Source: Cyclobacteriaceae bacterium (GTDB lineage: Bacteria; Bacteroidota; Bacteroidia; Cytophagales; Cyclobacteriaceae). From it: a stretch of DNA of 64,000 nt. The notes under the pieces were generated by a model that saw only the letters and a program-made list of their open reading frames with translations, made no database searches and was not told the origin of the DNA. A program made the position numbers and the translations under genes. Below, piece after piece: positions 35,233 through 44,729 of the stretch. The stretch's first letter is position 1. Each line of letters opens with the position of its first letter. The stretch spans positions 6,916 through 70,915 of the forward strand of contig WFNR01000064.1 of the NCBI GenBank assembly GCA_015488485.1, written 5' to 3'.

Positions 35233-37401
35233 TTAAAGCCTGAAGGTATAACGTAGCTTCACGATCAACTGGCTGGTATGCAACTGCCAGTTTTCGTTCA
35301 TATCCTGCACAGTATTGTGATTGTACACAATATAAAAATCGCCCAGTGGCAGGAAGATATAATGCAGGCGGGTATTTACGCCAATCGATTCTGAATCGGT
35401 ATCATACTGCACAAAGCTGTTGAGTTGCAGGTCGGGGGTGATGTTGAAGCGTACCCGGCCGCCTACCAGTATCTGGTCGAAACTGCCCCACGGCAGGTCG
35501 CCTACATTGCGGATACCCGAAAATTCAAAGGTCAGCACTTTCAGGGGGTTCCAGTTGAGCTCCAGCTCGTAAGTATTGAGCAGGCCGTCATAAAAGGTGC
35601 CGAACCACCAGGTGGCCTGGCCGTTGAGCTTGCGTTTGGCGGCAAAGCCGGCCTCCAGGCGGTAGCGCATAAAGTGGTAAGCCCCGGCCGGAATTGTCAC
35701 CCCATCGGCAATTTCAAAATCATAAGGCAGGTTGTCACCGGTAGGCACGAAATTGGCCTCTACGCGGTCGCCACTCTCCAGGCGCCAGTTGATGGGTGCG
35801 GTAAACACCCGGTAGGTCTCCCAGTTGCCTTGAAGATCGGTAATGTACGAGACAAACAGCTCGTGAAACATCTGCCGCAACCAGGGCCACTCGGGCCGTG
35901 GGGCGTAGGTAAGGCCAAAGCGCAGGCTGTTCATTGCCTTGCGCGGTACAAAGCCTAGTGATGGGTCAAAGGCATCACCTATGCGGGTATATACAAAGGC
36001 TATGTCCCAAAGATCGTTAGGGTAGTCAATTTTGAGCGAGAAGGCCGTTTGGTCGCCACTCAGGTCCTGGCGGTCGGTGTACAGGTAAGAGGCCCCCACC
36101 AGAAAATTCTTATCGCCCTTGAAACTTGTCGTTTGGTAGGTAAAGTCGGCACCACCCATGTAGCTGCCCGGCCGCCCCAGCGGGTCGCCAAAGGTGGCAA
36201 TAACCCCGGCAGCGGATTCCTTAAGGATGTTCTGGCGGATGCGCACTACCCCCATCTGGGTCCGGGGAACATCTATATCGGTGGTAGTGAGGGCATCGGT
36301 GCCCACCACCAGGCCGCCAAAAGCGGTGCGGTTTATGCGGCCGTTGACCTTGCCACCCAGAATTATCGGTATCTGGTTGCCGGCATAGAGGCCGATCCTG
36401 CGGCTGTAAAAAGGGATGATGGTACGCCTGAGGCCGAGCCCAAACTCGAAAATATCGGCCCCTTCGAGGAAGAAAGTGCGTTTTTCGGGAAAAAACAGTG
36501 GAAAACGGGTGAGGTTGGTCTGGCGGCTGTCCACCTCGGTTTCGGCAAAATCGGTATTGGCAGTAAGCGAAGCGACAATATTGGGGCCGATGCGCTGATT
36601 GATATCCAGGCTGGGCTCAAAGTCAAAATGCTGGCTGGTACCCTCGTCCGAAGCCGGGCCCGTTTCGGTATAGCGCCCCACCACCGAAGGGCGTATGCTG
36701 GTGCCCCAACCATAATTGAAATCGGGCAGGCCGCTAAGCAGCCCCGCTTTGCTGGTTTGGGTAAACCACTGGTCGCGAATCACATTCGACCAGCGTATGG
36801 TTTCCTGCAGGCGTTGGATTCTGCGCTCCACATTAAAGCCCCATTCATGCAGGCCTTTTTTGTAGTTGATACTCTGAATCGGGATTTTGATTTCGGCCAC
36901 CCAGCCGCTGTCGCTGATATGCGCTTTGGCTTCCCATACGCCATCCCAATTTTTGTTTTCGCCCTCACCACGGTTACTTACCAGGGCATCGTAGCGGGCG
37001 CCATTGGGGTTTACGGCAAAAATATAACCCGATTGGCCGTCACGCATGGGGTCGAGCACAATGCGGATATGATCTTCGTAGCGCAGGTCGGCATCGCGTA
37101 GCTTCGAAAAGCTGACAATCTAATCGGGCTCCGGATCATAACATATAATGCCCAGATAGATATTCTTTGGCTCGGCCAGCACGCGTATTTCAGTTTTGCC
37201 GGCAGGCGTACCGCCCTCTACCGGTACGGTGGTGTGCAACCCGGTGAGCACCGGAGCCTGCTGCCAGCCAGGCTCATTGAGGTTGCCGTCTAACTTGATA
37301 GCGCCCTGTACCCGGCCGGCTTGCAGGGTAGGTGGCTCAAAATCCTGGCTCATAGCCAAAACCGGCAAAAGCACAAGCCAGACAAAAAAAATTGGCCGCA
37401 T
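35233..37401 (-). pseudogene. DUF5916 / CBM9-like domain protein interrupted by a single in-frame TAG
   Basis: The 93-aa ORF (signal peptide plus CBM9-like N-terminus, ending ...CYDPEPD) and the 608-aa ORF are in the same frame. They are separated only by a TAG at 37120-37122, and the reading continues IVSFSKLRDADLRYEDHIRIVLDPMRDG. Confidence 0.75.
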
Positions 37402-37467
37402 AAAATCATTTTTTTCTATAACAAAGTTAGCCGATAAAAGCGGTATAAGAAATGCTTTTTACACGAG

Positions 37468-37620
37468 CTACAGCAGATAAAAGAGAAGAAAGAGCAACAG
37501 CAAAAAAATGGCAATAAACTGGAATAAACGGTTGGGGCGGGGGAACTCATAGCCACATACCGGACAGGTTTTGGCCGCCTTATCGATCTTCATGGCGCAA
37601 GACGGGCACTCTTTTTTCAT
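37468..37620 (-). CDS. small zinc-ribbon plus TM protein (50 aa), not in the supplied ORF track
   Basis: Hand translation: MKKECPSCAMKIDKAAKTCPVCGYEFPRPNRLFQFIAIFLLLLFLLFYLL. It has two CxxC pairs and a C-terminal hydrophobic helix. Confidence 0.5.
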   Translation of the reverse strand: MKKECPSCAMKIDKAAKTCPVCGYEFPRPNRLFQFIAIFLLLLFLLFYLL

Positions 37621-37670
37621 GGCGGCAATTTAAACCAAAATTCTTAAATTTGATTGACAAATACACTGCT

Positions 37671-37907
37671 ATGGGTTGTCCGTCCGGAAAAAGGGGATAT
37701 TTCAGCGAGGGCGAAGTGCAGGAAGCGCTGATCCGTTCGCAGATAGGATTTGCCAGACCGGCTGTCAACTATTACCGCTGTGATGACTGTGGCGATTATC
37801 ACCTGACCTCGCAAGGGGAGCGGCACCCACTGCTGGACGAGCCTGATACCCGCGATCGCATTAAACGTGAGCAGTGGGAACAAGAATGGCACAATCGCTT
37901 TAAGTAA
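37671..37907 (+). CDS. small Cys-containing (zinc-ribbon-like) protein
   Basis: MGCPSGKRGYFSEGEVQEAL...YYRCDDCGDYHLTS, with a CP...K N-terminus and a CxxC knuckle. ATG at 37671. Confidence 0.55.
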   Translation: MGCPSGKRGYFSEGEVQEALIRSQIGFARPAVNYYRCDDCGDYHLTSQGERHPLLDEPDTRDRIKREQWEQEWHNRFK

Positions 37908-37934
37908 CAGAAGAGCGGGAAGGCTCCTGCGGTA

Positions 37935-38045
37935 TTAATGGCAGTTGAAAGATGTATGATTGCAGATTTTTGATTTTTCCAACTTCCATTATCATACATC
38001 TAACCTCAGTCTTCCGGCCTCAGACTTCAGTCCTCCGGCCTCAAT
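37935..38045. repeat. dispersed intergenic repeat, copy D, with perfect 11-bp hairpin and a duplicated 12-mer tail
   Basis: AGATGTATGAT (37950-37960) is the inverted repeat of ATCATACATCT (37991-38001). The loop contains CAGATTTTTG. The tail carries CTTCCGGCCTCA and CCTCCGGCCTCA. Confidence 0.7.
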
Positions 38046-38199
38046 CATCCTTATGCTCCAGGTACTTTTTGGTAATAAAGTAGCGGTAGGCAATAATCAC
38101 CTTGTCGAATTTGCTCAGCTTATTCAAATCACGCTGGCTATAGCGGGGTAGCAGGTATTTGTTGAGCCTGGCCAGTGCACGGAAGAAGATTTTTATCAT
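38041..38199 (-). CDS. possible small basic protein (52 aa), not in the ORF track
   Basis: Hand translation: MIKIFFRALARLNKYLLPRYSQRDLNKLSKFDKVIIAYRYFITKKYLEHKDD. Divergent from the 38294 gene. Its stop overlaps the tail of repeat copy D. Confidence 0.35.
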   Translation of the reverse strand: MIKIFFRALARLNKYLLPRYSQRDLNKLSKFDKVIIAYRYFITKKYLEHKDD

Positions 38200-38259
38200 C
38201 GCGAAGATTTTAACTGCAAAAATCCAAATCTTTTATTGAAAAAGCTCGTTATTCGTATG

Positions 38260-38267
38260 TAGGTTTG
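38260..38267 (+). promoter_or_regulatory. candidate Bacteroidota -7 box TAGGTTTG
   Basis: Matches TAnnTTTG 27 nt upstream of the ATG at 38294. A TTG lies about 21 nt further upstream. Confidence 0.3.
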
Positions 38268-38293
38268 TACGTTTAACAAGTTTTTTTAATTCT

Positions 38294-39202
38294 ATGTATA
38301 AGATAGATCCCGAGTATATTGCTTTCCTGGAAAGCTGGCATCAAATCATGTATATCCTGGCCGGTTTATCCCTGGCCATGTCATTAGGTATTTTTTTCTA
38401 CCACAAAATCAAAGTTGCCGCTATCAAAACCTACAAAGGCAAGTACGATTATATCCTCATGCACCAGGTAAGAGCCTATCAGTATGTAGTGTATGCCTTT
38501 GCAGCCGCCTTGTTTTTTTACGGCAATACCATAGGTGATGCATTTATCGTAAAGAGTATAGTTTATGTCTTTGTGCGGGCCTTTATCAGTTTGTGTGTGG
38601 CTACACTGGTGGCCTATGTTTCTTACCTTATTCTTAAATTCTACTACCCGGGTGTCATGGACAAGCAGTTGCGCAAGCTACGCTATGCCCCACGCATATC
38701 TTCGGCCGGCAATGAAATGCGTCTGCTTAGCGAGGAAGAAGAAGACGTGCACCTGGATGCCGGTATGCAGGCCGAGGAGAATGTGTTTTCAGTAGATTAC
38801 GATGTATGGGTAGATGAAAAAACCGGTGAGGTGAAAATCGAGAAATATGCTGGTTATCTGGAAGCGCTGGAATGCGGCTCGTGCGGCTTCAAAACACTTA
38901 CCCTGCAAAGCGAAGAGATTGTAAAACCGGCAACAGAGAAAGAAGAAGGCGAACTCATCAGGCACTATAAATGCAAGTATTGCGGGGCTGAACGCCATAC
39001 CAAATACCCCATCGCCCGTATTATCAAATCCGAGTCAGAATACAAACTACCCGATGATTATGTGCTGAAAGGACAGCGCAAGGTAAAGTCCATCATGATA
39101 GAGATTATCTCTACCAAAGGCGATAAAAAGGAGTATTTCTTCCAGAACACCAAGCAAGCCAGCGAATTCCTGGCTCAATTCGATTTCGACAAGGACGCTT
39201 AG
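38294..39202 (+). CDS. hypothetical membrane protein with C-terminal Cys4 zinc-ribbon-like domain
   Basis: Three N-terminal TM helices, an acidic linker, and the pairs CGSCG...CKYCG. Confidence 0.7.
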   Translation: MYKIDPEYIAFLESWHQIMYILAGLSLAMSLGIFFYHKIKVAAIKTYKGKYDYILMHQVRAYQYVVYAFAAALFFYGNTIGDAFIVKSIVYVFVRAFISLCVATLVAYVSYLILKFYYPGVMDKQLRKLRYAPRISSAGNEMRLLSEEEEDVHLDAGMQAEENVFSVDYDVWVDEKTGEVKIEKYAGYLEALECGSCGFKTLTLQSEEIVKPATEKEEGELIRHYKCKYCGAERHTKYPIARIIKSESEYKLPDDYVLKGQRKVKSIMIEIISTKGDKKEYFFQNTKQASEFLAQFDFDKDA

Positions 39203-39264
39203 GCGATTTTTTGGCCCGATTATGGTTATTTTTGTTAAAGCGTAGGCTTTGTTGTGCCTGATTT

Positions 39265-41397
39265 ATGAATAAACAAACCGTTGATATGATCAAGAAACAA
39301 TTGCTTTATATACTGCCGTTGGCATTGCTGGCAGCCGGTTTTGCTTTGTTGCCTTTTCGCTCCGATGAACTTAAGCCTATCGTGCCGGCTGTTGAAGAAC
39401 CTGCTTTCGAGCTGGCCTTCCCGGTCAATGATACCATCACCATTCTAAAGCCTGAGCGCAAAAACAAGGCCGAGACCCAAATGGTGGTACGCCTGCTGGA
39501 TGCCTACCACTACCGCAAGCTGCCGCTCAACGATTCGGTTTCCAATGTTGTCTATCAAAACTACCTGGATGCCCTGGACAATATGCGCCTCTACTTTACC
39601 GCTGCCGATATTGCCGCCTTCAAGCGCTACCAATACGAATTTGATGATTACCTGAAAGAAGGCGAGCTGGCAGCTCCTTATCAAATATTTGCCGTTTTCA
39701 AGGAGCGCTATTATCAGCGCCTGGCTTATGTAGATGAATTACTGGCGGCCAATAAGTTCGATTTTACCCTTGATGAAGAGTTCGTGTTCGACCGCGACAG
39801 CCTGCCCTGGCCGGCCGATGAAGCAGCCATGAACGAAGTGTGGCGCAAGTATATCAAAAACGAACTACTGAACCTGAAACTCACCGGCAAGACTACCGAA
39901 GAAGCCATAGAGGTGCTGCAAAAGCGCTACAAGCAATACAAGAAGGTGATAGCACAGTACAAGTCATCGGATGTGTATCAGGTGTTTATGAACAGCTATA
40001 CCGAGACCTACGATCCGCATACCAGCTATTTTAACCCCATTACGGCCGAGAATTTCGATATTGAAATGAGCAAATCGCTGGAAGGGATAGGTGCCCGCCT
40101 CAGCAAAGATGGCGATTACACGGTGGTAGTAGGGGTGATACCAGGTGGGCCGGCTTTTAAGAGTAATCAGATACACGAAAACGACAAGATTGTTGGCGTA
40201 GGCCAGGGCGAGGACGGAGAGATCGTAGATGTAGTGGGCTGGCGCAACGATGACGTGGTGCAATTGATCCGCGGTAAAAAGGGCACGGTGGTGCGCTTAA
40301 GCATCCTGAAGGCCACCGATGGACCGGGCGCAACGCCTACCATTGTTACCCTGGTGCGCGATAAGGTGAATATTGAAGATGCCCGTGCAGAAAGCAAGGT
40401 ATATGAGTTTCTTTATAATGACAAGGTTTTTAAACTGGGGGTAATCAATATCCCATCCTTTTACAAAGACTTTCAGGCCGCCCGCATGGGCAATGCCAAT
40501 TTCAACTCCACCACCCGGGATGTGCGCAAGTTGCTGGCCGACTTGAAAAAGCAACAGATAGACGGCCTGCTCATCGACCTGCGAAGAAATGGCGGAGGCG
40601 CCCTCGATGAAGCCGTAGAGCTTACCGGCCTGTTCATCAAAGACGGCCCTGTAGTGCAGGTGCGCGACTATCAGGGTCGCCTGAGTGTAGAGAAAGATCA
40701 GGATGATGGGGTGTACTTTGATGGCCCTCTGACCGTACTTACCAGCCGCCTGAGTGCCTCAGCTTCGGAAATCTTTGCGGCCGCTATTCAGGACTACCAG
40801 CGAGGCCTGGTAGTAGGTGAGCAGTCGTTTGGCAAAGGCACCGTGCAAAACCTCATAGGACTGCAACGCTATGTGCCGCAAGAGGAAGAAAAACTCGGCC
40901 AGCTTAAACTCACCATAGCCAAGTTTTACCGGGTAAGTGGCGGTAGCACCCAGCACAAAGGGGTAAGTCCCGACATAGAAATGCCATCACGCTATGACAA
41001 GTCGGTGGTGGGGGAGAGCGCCTATCCCAGTGCCCTGCCGTGGGATCATATTGCGCCCGGTAAGTACCGCCCGGTGAAAATTGTGGACAAGCAGTTGATT
41101 AACAAGTTGCGTAAGCAATACAAGCAACGCCTTAAAGATGACCCCGATTTGCAGCAATTGGTAAATGAAGCCGAGCGCATGCTGGCCAACCAACGCAAAA
41201 AGAGCGTATCGCTCAATGAGGCCAAACGTAAAGCCGAGCAGGAAGAGGAAAACAAACTGAAGCAACAAAAAGATGAGTCGGTTTATACCAAACCGGAACC
41301 TGACGATAGTCCGCCCAAAGAGCTAAAACTCAAAGATTTGTACCTGGAAGAGAGTTTGTTTATTTTGGCTGACATGGTGAACCAACTCAATGCCTGA
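39265..41397 (+). CDS. carboxy-terminal processing (tail-specific) protease, peptidase S41
   Basis: PDZ-like region (GARLSKDGDYTVVVGVIPGGPA). S41 catalytic region (LIDLRRNGGG, TSRLSASASEIFA, GKGTVQ). Long C-terminal extension as in Prc. Confidence 0.9.
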   Translation: MNKQTVDMIKKQLLYILPLALLAAGFALLPFRSDELKPIVPAVEEPAFELAFPVNDTITILKPERKNKAETQMVVRLLDAYHYRKLPLNDSVSNVVYQNYLDALDNMRLYFTAADIAAFKRYQYEFDDYLKEGELAAPYQIFAVFKERYYQRLAYVDELLAANKFDFTLDEEFVFDRDSLPWPADEAAMNEVWRKYIKNELLNLKLTGKTTEEAIEVLQKRYKQYKKVIAQYKSSDVYQVFMNSYTETYDPHTSYFNPITAENFDIEMSKSLEGIGARLSKDGDYTVVVGVIPGGPAFKSNQIHENDKIVGVGQGEDGEIVDVVGWRNDDVVQLIRGKKGTVVRLSILKATDGPGATPTIVTLVRDKVNIEDARAESKVYEFLYNDKVFKLGVINIPSFYKDFQAARMGNANFNSTTRDVRKLLADLKKQQIDGLLIDLRRNGGGALDEAVELTGLFIKDGPVVQVRDYQGRLSVEKDQDDGVYFDGPLTVLTSRLSASASEIFAAAIQDYQRGLVVGEQSFGKGTVQNLIGLQRYVPQEEEKLGQLKLTIAKFYRVSGGSTQHKGVSPDIEMPSRYDKSVVGESAYPSALPWDHIAPGKYRPVKIVDKQLINKLRKQYKQRLKDDPDLQQLVNEAERMLANQRKKSVSLNEAKRKAEQEEENKLKQQKDESVYTKPEPDDSPPKELKLKDLYLEESLFILADMVNQLNA

Positions 41398-41409
41398 TAA
41401 TTATGCCAC

Positions 41410-44400
41410 ATGAGTGAAGAGCTCCTAAAAGCGATCGTCAAGCTCTTTGCCATTGTGGCCAAAGAGCGCATCACTGATGCCGAGCGCAGCAATGTTCGCG
41501 ATTTTCTGGCGATTCATCTCAGTCACGAACTCATACCAGAGTATATGGAGCTGTTCGAACAGCTCATAAAAGAAACAGGTAGCGATTTTCTCGAAAATAT
41601 TGAACACCCCGATGCCGATACCAAAGAATTTGTTGGCGACTGGGCCAATATTATGGCTCTTTGTCGGCTCATTAACCAGGGGCTTACCAAGCAGCAGAAG
41701 ATCGTCCTGTTGCTTAAGCTGATTGAGCTTATGCTGCAAGACGGTAAGATATCCGAACGGCAGAGCAATCTGATCTTTTATATCGGCAGCACCATCAAGA
41801 TTACCCAGGAAGAGATAGACCTGATAATTGCTTTTCTGCAGGCCACTACACCGGCCGATTTGCGAGGCAATCATTTTCTGGTGGTGGACAACAACCAGGA
41901 AAAATATACATACCGCTGCAAGCATATTATCAGGCCACGGATTTTCGGCTACCTTTTCGTGTTACGGATACCGGGCGAAGAAACCTATTTTATCAAATAC
42001 CTGGGCAATATGGCCCTGACTCTCAACGGTCATCATTTCCGTAGCCATAAGACCTATGTTTTTCCTCCGGGCAGCACTATCCGCGGGCAGAATATGCGCC
42101 CCTTGTTTTACTCGGAGGTGGTCAGTGAATTTATCTACAACGAAGAGGCCAGCCGTCTTAGCTTTATCGCCCGCGATATCTCGCACACCTTTCGCTCCGG
42201 CTACAAAGCGCTGCACAAAATCAATATAGCGGAAGAAGGCGGCCGCCTGATCGGGCTGATGGGGGTGTCCGGCTCGGGCAAGTCCACCCTGATGAGCATC
42301 CTCAACGGCATGATTAAGCCCAGCTCGGGCCGGGTAACCATCAATGGCCTGGATGTACATACCCAGCAGGATGAATTGAATGGGGTTATCGGTTACGTGC
42401 CGCAAGACGACTATCTGATAGAAGAGCTGACCGTGTACGAGAACCTGTACTATGCGGCCCGCCTCACCTTTGCCAACCACAGCAAGGAGCAATCGCATCG
42501 CCTGGTGATGCAGACCCTGAAAAGCCTGGGGCTCACCGAAATCAAAGACCTGGTAGTGGGCAACCCCCTGAACAAAACCATTAGCGGAGGGCAGCGCAAG
42601 CGCATCAATATCGGCCTGGAGCTGCTGCGCAAGCCAGAGATTCTGTTTGTCGATGAGCCAACCTCCGGTCTGTCATCACGCGATTCGGTCAATATCATGG
42701 ACCTGCTCAAGGAGCTTTCGCTGCAGGGAAAAATGGTATTCGTGGTTATCCACCAGCCCTCATCCGATATCTACAAAATGTTTGATACGCTCATTATTCT
42801 GGATGTGGGCGGCTACCAGATATACTATGGCAACCCCGAAGAGGCGCTGGTGTACTTCAAGACCATGGTTAATATGGTGAACAAGGAGCAGGGTGCCTGT
42901 ACCCTGTGCGGCAATATCAACTCAGAATTGATTTTTGATATTATCGAGGCCCGCGTGGTGGATGAATACGGCAAGTTGACCGACAAGCGTAAAATACCTC
43001 CGGAACAGTGGTACGAACTGTTTTTGCAACACATAAAAAGGCCGCAAATACAGGAGCGCCATGATAAGCTCAACATAGCCCAGGCAATACCTTCACGATT
43101 CAAGCAGTTTTTGGTATTTGCCGCCCGTGATGTCAAAACCAAGCTCAAAAACAACCAGTACCTGTTGTTTACCTTTACCGAAGCACCCTTGCTGGGCTTT
43201 TTTCTGGCTTTTCTGGTTAAATATTACGAGACCATTGACGACCAGAAAGTCTATTTGTTTGTCCGCAATATGAATATTCCGGTGTACTTCTTTATGGCGG
43301 TGATTGTGGCTTTGTTTATGGGGCTTACCCTTAGTGCCGAGGAGCTGCTCAAAGACCGGATGATCCTGCAGCGCGAGCGCTTTTTGCACCTAAGCCGAAT
43401 GAGCTACCTGGTGTCCAAGATGGGCATCCTGCTGGTTATATCAGCCATACAAACCATTAGTTTTGTGTTGGTGGCGCATTATATTCTGGAAGTCAAAGGC
43501 ATGCATTTTACCACGTGGATGATGCTCTTCAGCCTGTCGTTTTATGCCAATGTGCTGGGGCTGATTATCTCTTCGGCCTTCAATTCGGCCGTCACCGTTT
43601 ATATCCTGATTCCTATTTTGATAATCCCGCAACTGATTCTGAGCGGTGTTATCATCAACTTTGAAAATTTTAACTACCGGGTAACCAGCGAAAAGCACAT
43701 TCCTTACAGTGGTGACCTGATCGCTTCACGCTGGGCCTACGAGGCGCTGGCCGTGGAGCAGTTTACCCAAAACCAATACAACAGGATTTTTTATCCCTAT
43801 GACCGGGAGATAAACCTGAGTAATTATAAACGCAACTATTACATTCCCGAACTGGAAAACCAACTGGGTAATGTATTCAACAATATCAACAACACCACCG
43901 ATCCGCAGGTAGTGGCCAGTGTAGATCGCAGCCTGCGTATCCTGCGCAACGAAATTATGCGCGAATTGCACAAGGTAGGCCATGAAGAGTTGCCTGAGTA
44001 TGTCAAGCTCACCCGCGAGTTGTTCGATGAACAAACCTACCGGGCTACCAAGGAATTTCTAACCGTGCTCAAGCAATTTTACGCTATCAAATCAAGCCGC
44101 TGGCTACAGAAAAAAGACAGCGTGATTAACCATTGGGTATCTCTACCCGGTGGTCAGCAAAAGCTGGAGGCTTTGCGCAATGCTTATCATAATGAAAAAA
44201 TGGCCGAAATGGTGGAAAACCGCTATGCCCAGGAGCGCGTGCAGGTACTCGATGACGGCTTACGCAGAAAAATATATCCGATCTACGATAAGCCGCGCAC
44301 CTATAAATATTTCGACATCGATACCAAATTCTACATGCCGGAAAAAGTAGCCTTCGGACAGGTATTTAGCACTTACTGGACCAATGTGGTGATTATCTGG

Positions 44401-44529
44401 ATCATGACGGTGTTCCTTGTGGTTATCTTGTATTTCGACTGGTTGCGCAAGCTTGTGGATGGCATTGCCGAATTCAGGGAATACCGGCTCAAAAAATTTC
44501 GCGCCATGCTATCCGCTGGTAAAAAATAA
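41410..44529 (+). CDS. fused ABC transporter (ATPase plus ABC-2/ABCG-type permease) with an extra ~270-aa N-terminal region
   Basis: Walker A GVSGSGKST, signature ISGGQRKR, Walker B ILFVDEPTSGL. Six or so C-terminal TM helices and one terminal TM. Confidence 0.85.
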   Translation: MSEELLKAIVKLFAIVAKERITDAERSNVRDFLAIHLSHELIPEYMELFEQLIKETGSDFLENIEHPDADTKEFVGDWANIMALCRLINQGLTKQQKIVLLLKLIELMLQDGKISERQSNLIFYIGSTIKITQEEIDLIIAFLQATTPADLRGNHFLVVDNNQEKYTYRCKHIIRPRIFGYLFVLRIPGEETYFIKYLGNMALTLNGHHFRSHKTYVFPPGSTIRGQNMRPLFYSEVVSEFIYNEEASRLSFIARDISHTFRSGYKALHKINIAEEGGRLIGLMGVSGSGKSTLMSILNGMIKPSSGRVTINGLDVHTQQDELNGVIGYVPQDDYLIEELTVYENLYYAARLTFANHSKEQSHRLVMQTLKSLGLTEIKDLVVGNPLNKTISGGQRKRINIGLELLRKPEILFVDEPTSGLSSRDSVNIMDLLKELSLQGKMVFVVIHQPSSDIYKMFDTLIILDVGGYQIYYGNPEEALVYFKTMVNMVNKEQGACTLCGNINSELIFDIIEARVVDEYGKLTDKRKIPPEQWYELFLQHIKRPQIQERHDKLNIAQAIPSRFKQFLVFAARDVKTKLKNNQYLLFTFTEAPLLGFFLAFLVKYYETIDDQKVYLFVRNMNIPVYFFMAVIVALFMGLTLSAEELLKDRMILQRERFLHLSRMSYLVSKMGILLVISAIQTISFVLVAHYILEVKGMHFTTWMMLFSLSFYANVLGLIISSAFNSAVTVYILIPILIIPQLILSGVIINFENFNYRVTSEKHIPYSGDLIASRWAYEALAVEQFTQNQYNRIFYPYDREINLSNYKRNYYIPELENQLGNVFNNINNTTDPQVVASVDRSLRILRNEIMRELHKVGHEELPEYVKLTRELFDEQTYRATKEFLTVLKQFYAIKSSRWLQKKDSVINHWVSLPGGQQKLEALRNAYHNEKMAEMVENRYAQERVQVLDDGLRRKIYPIYDKPRTYKYFDIDTKFYMPEKVAFGQVFSTYWTNVVIIWIMTVFLVVILYFDWLRKLVDGIAEFREYRLKKFRAMLSAGKK

Positions 44530-44541
44530 TGCCGGCCGGGC

Positions 44542-44571
44542 TTGTATAATTCCGAAACAGCTTTAGCTTTG
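44542..44571 (+). promoter_or_regulatory. candidate trp operon promoter (-33 TTG, 19-nt spacer, -7 TAGCTTTG)
   Basis: TTG at 44542-44544 and TAGCTTTG at 44564-44571, immediately upstream of the leader ORF. Confidence 0.4.
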
Positions 44572-44578
44572 CCGCATA

Positions 44579-44644
44579 ATGATGACACAAGCTATATACT
44601 GGTGGTGGTATGCTCCTTTTTCCCACAGGGAAGATAGGGCATAG
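44579..44644 (+). CDS. trpL: trp operon leader peptide (21 aa, three consecutive Trp codons)
   Basis: ATGATGACACAAGCTATATACTGGTGGTGGTATGCT... translates to MMTQAIYWWWYAPFSHREDRA. TGG codons at 44600-44608. Confidence 0.7.
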   Translation: MMTQAIYWWWYAPFSHREDRA

Positions 44645-44670
44645 CCCAGGTATATGGTAAAGCATACACG

Positions 44671-44706
44671 CGGCTTGTCGGACTTCCCGGCAAGCCGTTT
44701 TTTTTT
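44671..44706 (+). terminator. intrinsic terminator / attenuator upstream of trpE
   Basis: GGCTTGTCGG (44672-44681) pairs with CCGGCAAGCC (44687-44696), 10 bp including one G-U. Followed by a G and nine T. It lies 24 nt before the trpE ATG. Confidence 0.75.
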
Positions 44707-44729
44707 GACAGAATTATTAAAAACCAAAA

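Noticed and set aside
36049-37101. 350-aa plus-strand ORF, and 35425..35958
   Set aside because: They are antisense shadows of the DUF5916-like gene and rich in Ala/Gly/Val from reverse-complemented codons.
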